The notes beneath the pieces were generated by a model, which was given only the letters and a program-made list of their open reading frames with translations, searched no databases and was not told where the DNA came from. From an uncultured Chloroflexia bacterium (GTDB taxonomy: Bacteria; Chloroflexota; Limnocylindria; Limnocylindrales; CSP1-4), in contig CAVPPB010000003.1 of assembly GCA_963707215.1 (NCBI GenBank), forward strand, positions 384,001 to 448,000: DNA of 64,000 nucleotides. The letters are read 5' to 3'. Shown one piece after another: positions 27,532-37,374 of this stretch (positions are counted from its first letter, which is position 1; each line of letters opens with the position of its first letter). The position numbers were made by a program, and so were the translations under genes.

Positions 27532-28728
27532 CTACGCTCGCCCGAGGACCTCGCCGGCGACGATCTCGCGGTGGACCTGGTTGGTGCCCTCGTAGATCTG
27601 GGCGCCCTTGGCGTCGCGCATGAGCCGCTCGATGCCGGTCTCCCGCGAGTAGCCGCTGCCACCGAAGAGCTGGACCGCGTCGGTCGCGACCCGCATCGCC
27701 GCGTCCGAGGCGGTCCACTTGGCCAGCGACGAGACCTCGGCCAGCGGCTCGCCGCGATCCTTGGCCGCGGCCGCCTCGCGGGTCAGGGCCCGGGCGGCAG
27801 CCACATCGCGAGCCATCTCGGCGAGCATGAAGCGAAGTCCCTGGAGCTCGGCCAGCGGCGCCCCGAACGCCTCGCGCTGCTTCAGGTAGGCGGCCGCCTG
27901 CTCGAGGGCCGACCGGGCCAGCCCGGTGCAGGCGGCGGCGATCGAGATCCGCCCCTCGCCCAGCGCCGAGAGAGCGATCCGGTAGCCCTCCCCTTCTCCG
28001 CCGAGCCGGTTCGCGACCGGCACGACCGCACCCCCGAAGACGAGCTCGGCGGCCGGACAGGACCGGATCCCCATCTTCTTCTCGTGGGCGCCGAAGTCAA
28101 AGCCCGGCGTCCCCCTCTCGACGAGGAAGGCCGTGATCCCCTTCGCTCCCCGGGCCGGGTCGAGCGTCGCGAAGACGAGGTAGCGCTCGGCCTCGGGGGC
28201 GTTCGAGATCCAGATCTTGGTCCCCTCGAGGCGATAGGCGGCGACCTCGTCGACGGAGGCATCCGTCGGGGCCTCCGAGCCATCGGCCCTCAGGCGGGTC
28301 GCCCGGGTCCGGATCGCGGCGGCGTCGGAGCCGGCATGGGGCTCGGTCAGGGCGAACGCCCCGAGCGCCTCGCCGGTCTGCAGGGCCGGCAGCCAGCGCG
28401 CCTGCTGCTCCTCGGTGCCCCAGGTGACGACCGGGAACTGCGACAGGACGTGGACCGACAGGGTGATCGCCGTCGCCATGTCGGCCGCGGCGATCTCCTC
28501 CATGACGAGGGTCCAGCCGAGGTAGCTGACGCCGGCCCCACCGACGGCCTCGGCGAACGGCGCGCCGGTCAGGCCGAGCTCGGCCATCCGCTCGAAGATG
28601 GACCGGTCGAAGCGCTCCGTCTCGTCGCGCTCGGCCGCGCTCGGGGCGACCACCTCGCGGGCGAACTCGCGGACGGTCTGCTGGAGGAGGCGCTCGTCCT
28701 CGTTCGGCGCCCAGCGCGGCTCGGTCAT
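27532..28728 (-). CDS. Short-chain acyl-CoA dehydrogenase
   Basis: [33 protein letters not shown]. Confidence 0.95.
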   Translation of the reverse strand: MTEPRWAPNEDERLLQQTVREFAREVVAPSAAERDETERFDRSIFERMAELGLTGAPFAEAVGGAGVSYLGWTLVMEEIAAADMATAITLSVHVLSQFPVVTWGTEEQQARWLPALQTGEALGAFALTEPHAGSDAAAIRTRATRLRADGSEAPTDASVDEVAAYRLEGTKIWISNAPEAERYLVFATLDPARGAKGITAFLVERGTPGFDFGAHEKKMGIRSCPAAELVFGGAVVPVANRLGGEGEGYRIALSALGEGRISIAAACTGLARSALEQAAAYLKQREAFGAPLAELQGLRFMLAEMARDVAAARALTREAAAAKDRGEPLAEVSSLAKWTASDAAMRVATDAVQLFGGSGYSRETGIERLMRDAKGAQIYEGTNQVHREIVAGEVLGRA

Positions 28729-28755
28729 GGAGGCAGGATACGCGGCACGCGGGAC

Positions 28756-29121
28756 CTAGCGGGTGACGTCCACCACGCAGAAGCGGTTGCCTTCCGGGTC
28801 GGCCATGATGACGTAGTCGGCGTCGGCCGGCCGCTTGTCCCAGTGCACCTCGGTGGCGCCCAACTCCGTCAGCCGCTCGACCTCGCCGGCCTGGTCCTCG
28901 GTGTAGAGGTCGAGGTGGATCCGCGGCGGCACCTGGACCGTCGAGCGGACCCGGTCGAGCGACACGTTGGGCCCGATGCCATCCCGGGGGCGCATCAGAA
29001 CGAAGTCGTCGGCGTCCCCCATGCGAGGCTCGTAGTCGAGGGCCGCCGACCAGAACGCGACCTGGCGCTCCAGGTCGTCCACCCGGATCACGATCGAGCC
29101 GACACGGAGCATGGGGGTCAT
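28756..29121 (-). CDS. VOC/glyoxalase family protein
   Basis: FWSAALDY...RIHLDL...MADPEGNRFCV. Confidence 0.88.
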   Translation of the reverse strand: MTPMLRVGSIVIRVDDLERQVAFWSAALDYEPRMGDADDFVLMRPRDGIGPNVSLDRVRSTVQVPPRIHLDLYTEDQAGEVERLTELGATEVHWDKRPADADYVIMADPEGNRFCVVDVTR

Positions 29122-29248
29122 GCTACATGCGAGCCCGTCGCGGGCGACGGGACCGGCGCGTCGTCGGCGGCCCGGGCGGGCACCATCCTGGGACCATGTG
29201 GCGGGCCCGGTCCGGCCCGGCAGACACTCCACCGCGAGGTGAACGACC

Positions 29249-30625
29249 GTGACGACCGCCGATCCCGCCTACCGCAGCCTGGACCGCGAGCGTCTCGAGG
29301 AGCTGATGGCCCGCGAGCTCGCGGCCTTCGATGCCGCCAACCCGCGCTCCAGGGCCCTCTGGGAGCGGGCCAAGGGCTCGCTGCTGGCCGGCGTGCCGAT
29401 GAACTGGATGGTCAAGTGGGCCGGCGGCTTCCCCTTGTTCGTCGAGACCGCATCCGGCGCGCGGTTCACCGACGTCGACGGGCACGAGTACGTCGACCTC
29501 TGCCTGGGCGACACGGGCTCGATGACCGGCCACGGGCCGGCGGCGACGATCGGGGCCGTCGAGGCGCAGCTGCCCCGCGGCATCACCCACATGCTGCCGA
29601 CCGAGGACGCGATCGCCGTCGGCGAAGAGCTCCAGCGGCGGTTCGGGCTCCAGTGGTGGCAGTTCACCCTCTCGGCGACGGATGCCAACCGGTTCGCGAT
29701 CCGGCTGGCCCGGATGATCACCGGCCGGCCCAAGGTCCTCTTCCACGAGCTTTGCTACCACGGCTCGGTCGACGAGTCGTTCGCCTGGCTCGACGACGCG
29801 GGCAGGGTCGTCCCGCGGCGGGGCAACATCGGCCCGGGCGTCGACCCGGCGGTCACCACCCGGATCGTGCCGTTCAACGACCTCGAGGCGCTCGAGCGGG
29901 AGCTGGCCCACGGTGACGTCGCGGTGGCGGTCATGGAGCCGGCCCTGACGAACGTCGGCATCGTCCTGCCGGACCCCGACTACCACGCCGGCGTCCGCGA
30001 GCTGACCCGTCGCTACGGCACGCTCCTCCTCATCGACGAGACGCACACGATCTGCGCCGGTCCGGGCGGCTACACGCGGGCCTTCGGACTGGATCCCGAC
30101 CTGCTCGTCATCGGCAAGTCGATCGGCGGCGGCGTGCCGTGCGGGACCTACGGCTTCACCCGCGAGATCGGCGATCGGATCACCGAGATGATCGAGTGGG
30201 AGGACCAGGACGTCGGCGGCGTCGGCGGGACCCTGGCCGGCTACGCGCTGTCGATGGCCGCGATGCGGGCCACCCTGGCCGAGGTCCTGACCGAGGAGGC
30301 CTTCGCCCGGATGATCCCCCTGGCGGAGCGCTGGGCCGCGGGCGTGGACGAGGTCCTGCGCTCCCGACGGATCCCCTGGCACGTGACCCGCCTGGGCGCC
30401 CGAGCCGAGTACCACTTCATGCCCGAGCTGCCGCGCGACGGCCGCGATCAGTGGGACAACGGCGACGCCGAGCTGGAGCGCTTCCTCCACCTGTACGCGA
30501 TGAACCGGGGCATCCTAATGACCCCGTTCCACAACATGGCCCTGATGAGCCCGGCGACGACCGAGGCCGACGTCGACCGCCACACCGAGGTCTTCGCCAG
30601 CGCGGTGGACGAGCTCTTCGGCTGA
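29249..30625 (+). CDS. Class III PLP aminotransferase (GSA aminomutase-like)
   Basis: DVDGHEYVD, CYHG, LIDETHT, GKSIGGG. Confidence 0.88.
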   Translation: MTTADPAYRSLDRERLEELMARELAAFDAANPRSRALWERAKGSLLAGVPMNWMVKWAGGFPLFVETASGARFTDVDGHEYVDLCLGDTGSMTGHGPAATIGAVEAQLPRGITHMLPTEDAIAVGEELQRRFGLQWWQFTLSATDANRFAIRLARMITGRPKVLFHELCYHGSVDESFAWLDDAGRVVPRRGNIGPGVDPAVTTRIVPFNDLEALERELAHGDVAVAVMEPALTNVGIVLPDPDYHAGVRELTRRYGTLLLIDETHTICAGPGGYTRAFGLDPDLLVIGKSIGGGVPCGTYGFTREIGDRITEMIEWEDQDVGGVGGTLAGYALSMAAMRATLAEVLTEEAFARMIPLAERWAAGVDEVLRSRRIPWHVTRLGARAEYHFMPELPRDGRDQWDNGDAELERFLHLYAMNRGILMTPFHNMALMSPATTEADVDRHTEVFASAVDELFG

Positions 30626-30690
30626 GCCCGAGCGGGCCCGGGTCCGGACGGCGGTGCGCGTCAGCCGGGTCCGGCCGGGGACCCGGACCG

Positions 30691-31551
30691 CTACCGCGGG
30701 TAGGCGTGGAAGCCGCGTCCGGTCTTCTGGCCCAGGTCGCCGGCGGCGACGAGCTCCACGAGAACGGCTGGCGGGCGGAACTGCTCCTGCCCGAGGCCCT
30801 CGTGGAGGACCCGCAGGATGTCGAGGCAGACGTCGAGGCCGATGAAGTCGGCCAGCTCCAGCGGCCCCATCGGGTGGTTGAGCCCGACCTTGGCGCCGGT
30901 GTCGATGTCCTCGGCCGTCCCGACGCCCTCCTCGTAGGCCCGCATCGCCTCGGCCAGGAGCGGCATCAGGGTCCGGTTGACGATGAACCCCGGGCGGTCG
31001 GCGCTGACGATGACCTGCTTCTTGAGATCGCCGGCGACCTCGCGGATGGCGACTTCCGTCTCGTCGGATGTCGTGGCCCCGCGGATCAGCTCGATCAACG
31101 GCATGACCGGGACGGGGCTGAAGAAGTGCATGCCGACGAACCGGGTCCGCCGGTCCTCGCCGACGGCCTCGGCCAGCCGGTCGATGGAGATGGAGCTGGT
31201 GTTGGTAGCGAAGACTGCCCGCGGCGGGGCGATCTGATCGAGCTCGGCCCAGAGCGTCGACTTCACGTCGACGTCCTCGAAGACCGCCTCGACGACCAGG
31301 TCGGCCGTGGCGACCGCCGCCATGTCGTCGGTCGTCGAGACGCGCTCGATGGCCTGGCCGGCGGCCTCCTCGTCGAGGCGGCCCTTGGCGACCGCGCGCG
31401 CCAGGTTCGCCGCGATCCGCTCGCGACCGGCCGTCGCCCGGGCGTGGTCCGGCTCGTAGAGGATCACCGTGCGACCGGCGGTCGCGAGGACCTGGGCGAT
31501 GCCGTGACCCATCAGCCCCGCCCCCGCCACGAAGACGCGCTCGATCCTCAT
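30691..31551 (-). CDS. 3-hydroxybutyryl-CoA dehydrogenase
   Basis: GAGLMGHGIA, TNTSSISI, GMHFFSP, PGFIVNR, PMGPLELADFIGLD. Confidence 0.93.
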   Translation of the reverse strand: MRIERVFVAGAGLMGHGIAQVLATAGRTVILYEPDHARATAGRERIAANLARAVAKGRLDEEAAGQAIERVSTTDDMAAVATADLVVEAVFEDVDVKSTLWAELDQIAPPRAVFATNTSSISIDRLAEAVGEDRRTRFVGMHFFSPVPVMPLIELIRGATTSDETEVAIREVAGDLKKQVIVSADRPGFIVNRTLMPLLAEAMRAYEEGVGTAEDIDTGAKVGLNHPMGPLELADFIGLDVCLDILRVLHEGLGQEQFRPPAVLVELVAAGDLGQKTGRGFHAYPR

Positions 31552-32540
31552 CGGTCCTCCTCCCGGGCAAGGGTAGCGAGCAGCTCGTCGGCCGCGCTGT
31601 ACGGGTCCGTCTCGTGGGCCGCGACCGCCGCGAGGATGCGGTCGGCGCCGTCCCGTCGGCCGGGCGCCGCCAGCCGCTCGCGCAGCCGCTCCACGACGAT
31701 CCCCCAGACCTGGTGCTCGGCCCGGGCCAGCCGGGCCGACCCGTCGACCGAGCGGTGCGACCTCCCGATGGCGGTCGAGGGCCACCAGCAGCTCCGGGAC
31801 GCCGTCACCGGTCGCGGCCGTGGTCAGCAGCACCTCGGGACGCTTCGGGCGTGGCCGCGGCCGTCGGCCGGGTCGGTGGGGCGCCGCCATGGACAGCATC
31901 GCCCGCAGCTGGCTGGCCGTTCGCTGCGCGCCCGGGCGGTCGCCCTTGTTGACGACGACGAGGTCGGCCACCTCGAGCAGCCCGGCCTTGATCGCCTGGA
32001 CCTCGTCGCCCATCTCGGGCGCCTCGAGGACGACCGTCGTGTCGGCTGCTGCGGCGACCTCGACCTCGCTCTGGCCGGTCCCGACCGTCTCGAGGAGGAC
32101 CAGATCGAAGCCGGCCGCGTCGAGCACGGCCGCCGCCGCGGTCGACGTGGCGGCCAGCCCACCGGCGTGGCCGCGAGCGGCCATCGAGCGGATGAAGACG
32201 TCGCGATCGCCGGCGTAGGCCTGCATCCGGACGCGGTCGCCGAGGAGCGCGCCGCCGGTGATCGGGCTCGACGGGTCGACGGCGACGACCGCGACCGACC
32301 GACCGGCGGCTCCGGACCTCGGCGATGAGCGCCGCCACGAGGGTCGATCTTGCCGGCGCCCGGCGGACCGGTGATGCCGACCAGGTGAGCGCGGCCGGCG
32401 CGCGGATAGAGGCGGCGCAGCGCCTGCTCGGCCATGGCGGTCCGGTTCTCGATGGCCGTCAGCAGGCGGGCGAGGGCCCGGCGATCGCCGGCGCACGGCA
32501 TCGCCGGCCGGCTGCGCGCTCGGCCGGGCCGACGCTCGGC
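31548..32540 (-). CDS. meaB: MeaB/ArgK acyl-CoA mutase chaperone GTPase, several frameshifts; start approximate
   Basis: GDRRALARLLT, GITGPPGAGK, AVDPSSPITGGALLGDRVRM, ETVGTGQSE, VNKGD. Confidence 0.9.
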
Positions 32541-32589
32541 GCGGGTCCCGGGACCGGCCGGCCCCGCCGCACAGCGCGGCCGCCCACGC

Positions 32590-32996
32590 CAGTCGCGCGG
32601 CGCGGACGTTGGCCCGGATGAACTCGGCGACCTCGCGAATGGTCGTGCCCGGACCGAAGACCTCGCTGATGCCCGCCGCCTTCAGGGCCGGGACGTCGTC
32701 GTCGGGGATGATGCCGCCCGCCGTGACCAGGACGTCGTCGAGACCGGCCTCGCGGAGCAGCTCGGCGATCCGCGGCAGCAGGGTCATGTGGGCACCCGAC
32801 AGGATCGACAGGCCCGACGACGTCGACGTCCTCCTGGAGGGCCGCGGTGGCGACCATCTCCGGGCGTCTGGCGCAGGCCGGTGTAGACGACCTCGAAGCC
32901 CTCGTCGCGGAGGCCCCGGGCCAGCACCTTGGCGCCGCGGTCGTGGCCGTCGAGGCCGGGCTTGGCGATGAGCACCTTGATCGGGCGCTCGGTCAT
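32590..32996 (-). CDS. Cobalamin-binding small subunit of an acyl-CoA mutase (IcmB-like), frameshifted; 3' end approximate
   Basis: [14 protein letters not shown] (DxHxxG), [22 protein letters not shown]. Confidence 0.9.
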
Positions 32997-33097
32997 GGCC
33001 GGATTGTAGGCCCCGCGAGGTCCCGGGGCCACGCCGGGTCCGGGACACCCGGACGTCGGGTGGGGCAGGCCGGCCACCTTCCGTCGCCAGCGCCGGA

Positions 33098-33813
33098 TCA
33101 AGCTCCGGCGGTCGCCGATCGAGGTGGGCGAAGAACTCGGCCCGCGTCTTGTCGTTCGAACCGAAAGAGCCCGAGGACGGCCGCCGTGGTCATGACGGTG
33201 CCCGGGCTTGCGGACGCCGCGCATCGACGGCACAGAGGTGGGTCGCCTCGATGACGACACCGACGCCCTTGGGCTGGAGGTGCTCCATCAGGAAGTCGGC
33301 GATCTGCTGGGTCATCCGTTCCTGGACCTGCAGTCGCCGGGCGAACGTCTCGACGACCCGTGGGATCTTGGAGAGGCCGAGGACCTTGCCGTCCGGGATG
33401 TAGGCGACGGCTGCGGTCCCGAAGAACGGCAGCAGGTGGTGCTCGCAGAGCGAGTAGAATGGGCACATCACTGGACGACGACCATCTCGCAGTAGTCGAC
33501 GTCGAAGATCGCCTCGTTGATGAGGCGCTCCGGGTCGCACGTGATAGCCGGCCGTCAGCTCCGAGTACATCCGGTGGACGCGCTCCGGCGTCCCCCGGAG
33601 GCCCTCCCGGTCGGGATCCTCCCCGATCTCGCGGAGGATCTCGCGGACGGCCGCCTCGATCCGGCCGTTGGGCGCGGCCACGTCGGCGGACCCTTCGATC
33701 GGTACGACACGGTCGCCCTCGAGGGCCTCGACGGCATCGATCCGGGACTCGCCGATCTCGGTCTCGATCTCCTCGACGATCTCGCGGACGTGGGCGGGCA
33801 GGCGGTCGGTCAT
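33098..33813 (-). CDS. folE: GTP cyclohydrolase I, several frameshifts
   Basis: [43 protein letters not shown]. Confidence 0.92.
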
Positions 33814-33880
33814 GGTCCTCGCTCGGGCGTGCGAATCGGATGGTACCGCGCGGCCACGGCTCCCATGCCGTGACGGGTAC

Positions 33881-34990
33881 TCAGACCTTCGAGCCGCCCT
33901 CGGCGAACCCGCCGGCCGGCTGCGGATCGTAGGGACGGCCTTCCGCGCCGCGCAGCCAGGCTCGGGCGTTCTCCCCGAGCGACGGCCGATGGTAGCCACC
34001 CTCCTGGAGGACCACGAGCCGTCGCCCCAGGGCTGCGGTCCGCCGGCCGACCTCGTGGTAGACCTCGGTCGTCAGGGCGAAGTCGCCGATCGGGTCGTGA
34101 CCGTAGGTGTCGAAGCCGAGCGAGACGACGATGACGCTGCCCGGCGTCGCGGCGATCGCCTCCAGCGCCTTGTCGACGGCCTCGAGGTACAGCTCGTTCG
34201 ACGTGCCGGCCGGCATCGGGATGTTGAGGTTGGCCCCTCGGCCCTCTCCCTCCCCGACCTCATCGGCGCGGCCCAGGAACCAGGGGTACTGGCGCTCCGG
34301 GTCAGCGTGGATCGAGACATAGAGGATGTCGCCGCGGCGCCAGAAGATCTGCTCGGTCCCGTTGCCGTGGTGGTAGTCGACGTCGAGGATGGCGACCCGC
34401 TCGCCGGTCCGTCGGGCGATCGCCTCGGCCGCGATGGCCGCGTTGTTGAAGAAGCAGTAGCCCCCGTACATGGACCGCGCAGCGTGATGGCCCGGCGGTC
34501 GGCAGAGCCCGTAGGCGGCCGCCTCACCCCCGTCGAGCACGATGTCCACGGTCGTCAGCGCGACGTCCACGCTGGCGCGCGCCGCGACGTAGGTCCCGGC
34601 CACGATCGGCGTCGACGTATCGAGTGCTCGATGGCCTGCCTGTCCGGACGACGAGGCGGCCGGGGAACGCAGCAGGCCGGGGTCCATCCCCTCGACGAGG
34701 CCGCCCACCGCGAACCCCTCCGGGATGAGCGCCGGCCGCGGCAGAAGCTCGCTCCGGAAGCGGGCCCAGGCTGACTCGAGGAACCGGACGAGGCCCTCAT
34801 CGTGGACTGCGACGATCGGCTCCTCGCCGTGCTCCGTCGGGCCGACCAGCTCGTAGCCACCATCGGCATCAAGGGCCACCCGGATCCGCTCGGCCCGCTC
34901 GGCGACCTCGTTGGCGGGCACCGCCACGCCCATGATCGTCTCGTGGGTGATGTCGTGGGCCAGGTGGACCGGCGTGTAGACGACCCGCAT
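33881..34990 (-). CDS. Histone deacetylase family protein (acetylpolyamine amidohydrolase-like)
   Basis: RPPGHHA, GGYCFFNN, DVDYHHGNGT, QEGGY. Confidence 0.92.
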   Translation of the reverse strand: MRVVYTPVHLAHDITHETIMGVAVPANEVAERAERIRVALDADGGYELVGPTEHGEEPIVAVHDEGLVRFLESAWARFRSELLPRPALIPEGFAVGGLVEGMDPGLLRSPAASSSGQAGHRALDTSTPIVAGTYVAARASVDVALTTVDIVLDGGEAAAYGLCRPPGHHAARSMYGGYCFFNNAAIAAEAIARRTGERVAILDVDYHHGNGTEQIFWRRGDILYVSIHADPERQYPWFLGRADEVGEGEGRGANLNIPMPAGTSNELYLEAVDKALEAIAATPGSVIVVSLGFDTYGHDPIGDFALTTEVYHEVGRRTAALGRRLVVLQEGGYHRPSLGENARAWLRGAEGRPYDPQPAGGFAEGGSKV

Positions 34991-36009
34991 CAGACTCCAT
35001 CCTCCCGCTCATCTGCCGCCAGCAGGGCCGCAGCGACCTCGCGAGGACGGTAGCGCATCAGGTTGTGGCCGTCAGCGGGCCACCGCGCCAGCCGGATCGG
35101 CGGGCGGCCGAGCGCGGCCACCGCGACCGCGGTGGCCGCGAGTGCTCGGGCGTGGCTCCCGCCCTCGTCGTCGGCCGCCGCCAGGACCGTGACCGGCGCG
35201 TCGACGGCCGCCAGGACCTCGACCGGACGGTGGGCGAACATGGCCCGGACCGACGCCTCGCGGACGTGCGGATGGACCGCCGGCTCGATCCGCCCCACCG
35301 GCAGCTCGACGACCGCGGCCCGGGCGGCCCGCTCCTGGTCGGCATCCCAGGAGGCCGGGTCGTAGCCCGCTCGGTCGGCGAGATAGGACGCCATCGACCG
35401 CAGCACCTCGGGCGGCTCGTCGAGGCCACGGAGGAGCTCGTCGACGTCCAGCCCGGTGGCCACGGCTGGGTCCTCCCACCCCCCGTCCACCAGCACCAGG
35501 CCGGCGCAGCGGGATCCGATGCGGGCGGCCGTCCAGGCCGCCACGATCGCCCCGAACCCATGCCCGGCCAGGACCAGACGGTCGTCCGGACCACCGGCGC
35601 CATCCCCCATCCGCAGCAGGCCGGAACCCTCCGCGACCGCCACCATGTCCTCGGCTAGCGTGGCTCGATCGTAGCCTTCGGTCGGCGCGTCGGAGAGGCC
35701 GTGGCCGCGCAGATCGACCGCCACGACATGACGATCCCGACGCAGCCGTCGGGCGACCGGGGCCCAGGCCCAGGACGTGCCCATCAGCCCGTGGACCAGG
35801 AGGATACCCGGGCCCGGTCCGGCCGCCGTGGGCGCGCCCCAATCGAGGAAGTGCAGCCGATCAGTCTCGCCGACGACGACCAGGAACCCCTCCGGCTCGG
35901 CTGCCGCGTCGGGCGGCCCGACCCGCTCGAACGGGAGTCGCGCCGGGGCAAGCCCTGATGGGAGCTGGCCGCTCGGCCCTGAGGCAGGTCCCTTCGACGG
36001 GAGGTTCAC
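34990..36009 (-). CDS. Alpha/beta fold hydrolase with an atypical nucleophile motif (GHGFG)
   Basis: LVHGL, DLRGHGLSD, LVLVDGG. Confidence 0.82.
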   Translation of the reverse strand: MNLPSKGPASGPSGQLPSGLAPARLPFERVGPPDAAAEPEGFLVVVGETDRLHFLDWGAPTAAGPGPGILLVHGLMGTSWAWAPVARRLRRDRHVVAVDLRGHGLSDAPTEGYDRATLAEDMVAVAEGSGLLRMGDGAGGPDDRLVLAGHGFGAIVAAWTAARIGSRCAGLVLVDGGWEDPAVATGLDVDELLRGLDEPPEVLRSMASYLADRAGYDPASWDADQERAARAAVVELPVGRIEPAVHPHVREASVRAMFAHRPVEVLAAVDAPVTVLAAADDEGGSHARALAATAVAVAALGRPPIRLARWPADGHNLMRYRPREVAAALLAADEREDGV

Positions 36010-36029
36010 CCGGCTAGCATACGGACGCC

Positions 36030-36440
36030 ATGGCCAAGCGCCGCCGAGGAGCCCGCAGCGGGCGCCCGTTCCCGACCCGCCACCTCCGCTTCGAGCGGCT
36101 CGTCGAGCGAGCGCTGGCGGGCATCCCGATGCCGTTCGCCGCCGCCCTCGACGAGATCGCGATCGTCATCGAGGACGAGCCGTCCGCCGAGCAGCGCCGT
36201 ACCAACGACCTGGGGCCGGACGACACGCTCTATGGGCTCTACGAGGGCGTCCCGAAGACCGAGTGGGCGGCTGACTGGGTCATCGCGCCGAACAAGATCA
36301 CCCTCTTCCGGCTGCCGCTCGAGGCCGACTTCCCCGACCCCGACGACCTCGCCGACGAGGTCGCCATCACCGTCATCCACGAGCTCGCCCACCACCTGGG
36401 CATCGACGACGACCGGCTCGAGGGCTTCGGCCTGGACTGA
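36030..36440 (+). CDS. Zincin-like metallopeptidase (DUF1025 type)
   Basis: LYGLYEGVP...ITLFR...TVIHELAHHLGIDD. Confidence 0.9.
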   Translation: MAKRRRGARSGRPFPTRHLRFERLVERALAGIPMPFAAALDEIAIVIEDEPSAEQRRTNDLGPDDTLYGLYEGVPKTEWAADWVIAPNKITLFRLPLEADFPDPDDLADEVAITVIHELAHHLGIDDDRLEGFGLD

Positions 36441-36489
36441 CCCGCGCGCCCGACGGCCGCGGATCGAGTGCCGCCTGGTGGTCTCCCCG

Positions 36490-37368
36490 CTACTCGACGG
36501 CGGCCCCCAGCAAGGCACCCCGCGACAGCTGTCGCTGGAGCAGGGCGACGATGATCACGACCGGGAAGGTCATCAGCAGGGCGTGGGCGGCGAGGGGTCC
36601 CCACTCGTACGAGAAGACCCCGGTCTGCGCGCTGGCGAGGATCATCGCCAGGGTCAGGTTCTCCTCCGAGCTGGCGAACAGCCAGGCGATCGCCGACTCG
36701 CTGTAGGCGAGCAGGAAGGCGATGAGCGCCGCGACCAGGATCGGCGGCACGGCGATCGGCAGGGTGATCCGCCGGAAGGTCGTCCAACGGCTCGCACCCT
36801 CCAGGAAGGCGGCCTCCTCGAGCTCGTTCGGGACGCCCCGGAAGGCCGACCGCATGAGCCAGATGAGGAGGGGCATCGAGAAGGCCGCGTAGAGGAGGGC
36901 CAGGGCCGTCGTCGAGCCGCGGAAGCCAACGTCGCGGAGGAGCGGGAAGAGGGTCTCGAGCCAGAGGAAGAGCATGAACAGCGGCGTCGCGAGGGCGATG
37001 AGCGGCAGGAACGCGCCGACCAGGATCCCGAACATGCCGACCGAGGCGCCGGGGAAGCGCAAGCGGGCGAACGCGTAGGCCATGGTCGCGCCGAAGAGCA
37101 GGCTGATGCCGGCGGCGCCCAGCGAGACGTAGAGCGAGTTCCGGAGGAGGCCGAGGAAGTCGAGGGCCCGGCCCGGCCGCGTCCAGGCCTCGATGAGCTT
37201 GTCCGCCGTCGGCTCCTTCGGCCAGAGCGCGAACTCGCGCGGTGCCGTCAGGAACGAGCCGTCGATGGCCAGGAGGACGAGCACCCAAACGGGCGCCAGC
37301 ACGACGATGGCCACGCCCACGAGGATGAGCTGGGTGACGAGCTGGTTCCGGCGGCGGATGCGTCCCAT
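36490..37368 (-). CDS. Carbohydrate ABC transporter permease (MalG-like)
   Basis: AYAFARLRFPG; EAA loop ELEEAAFLEGASRW. Confidence 0.93.
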   Translation of the reverse strand: MGRIRRRNQLVTQLILVGVAIVVLAPVWVLVLLAIDGSFLTAPREFALWPKEPTADKLIEAWTRPGRALDFLGLLRNSLYVSLGAAGISLLFGATMAYAFARLRFPGASVGMFGILVGAFLPLIALATPLFMLFLWLETLFPLLRDVGFRGSTTALALLYAAFSMPLLIWLMRSAFRGVPNELEEAAFLEGASRWTTFRRITLPIAVPPILVAALIAFLLAYSESAIAWLFASSEENLTLAMILASAQTGVFSYEWGPLAAHALLMTFPVVIIVALLQRQLSRGALLGAAVE

Positions 37369-37374
37369 GGCGCC

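Noticed and set aside
26294-33813. Pseudogenisation or programmed frameshifting of the acyl-CoA and folE cluster
   Set aside because: Multiple scattered indels without slippery sites or other decay fit sequencing error better.
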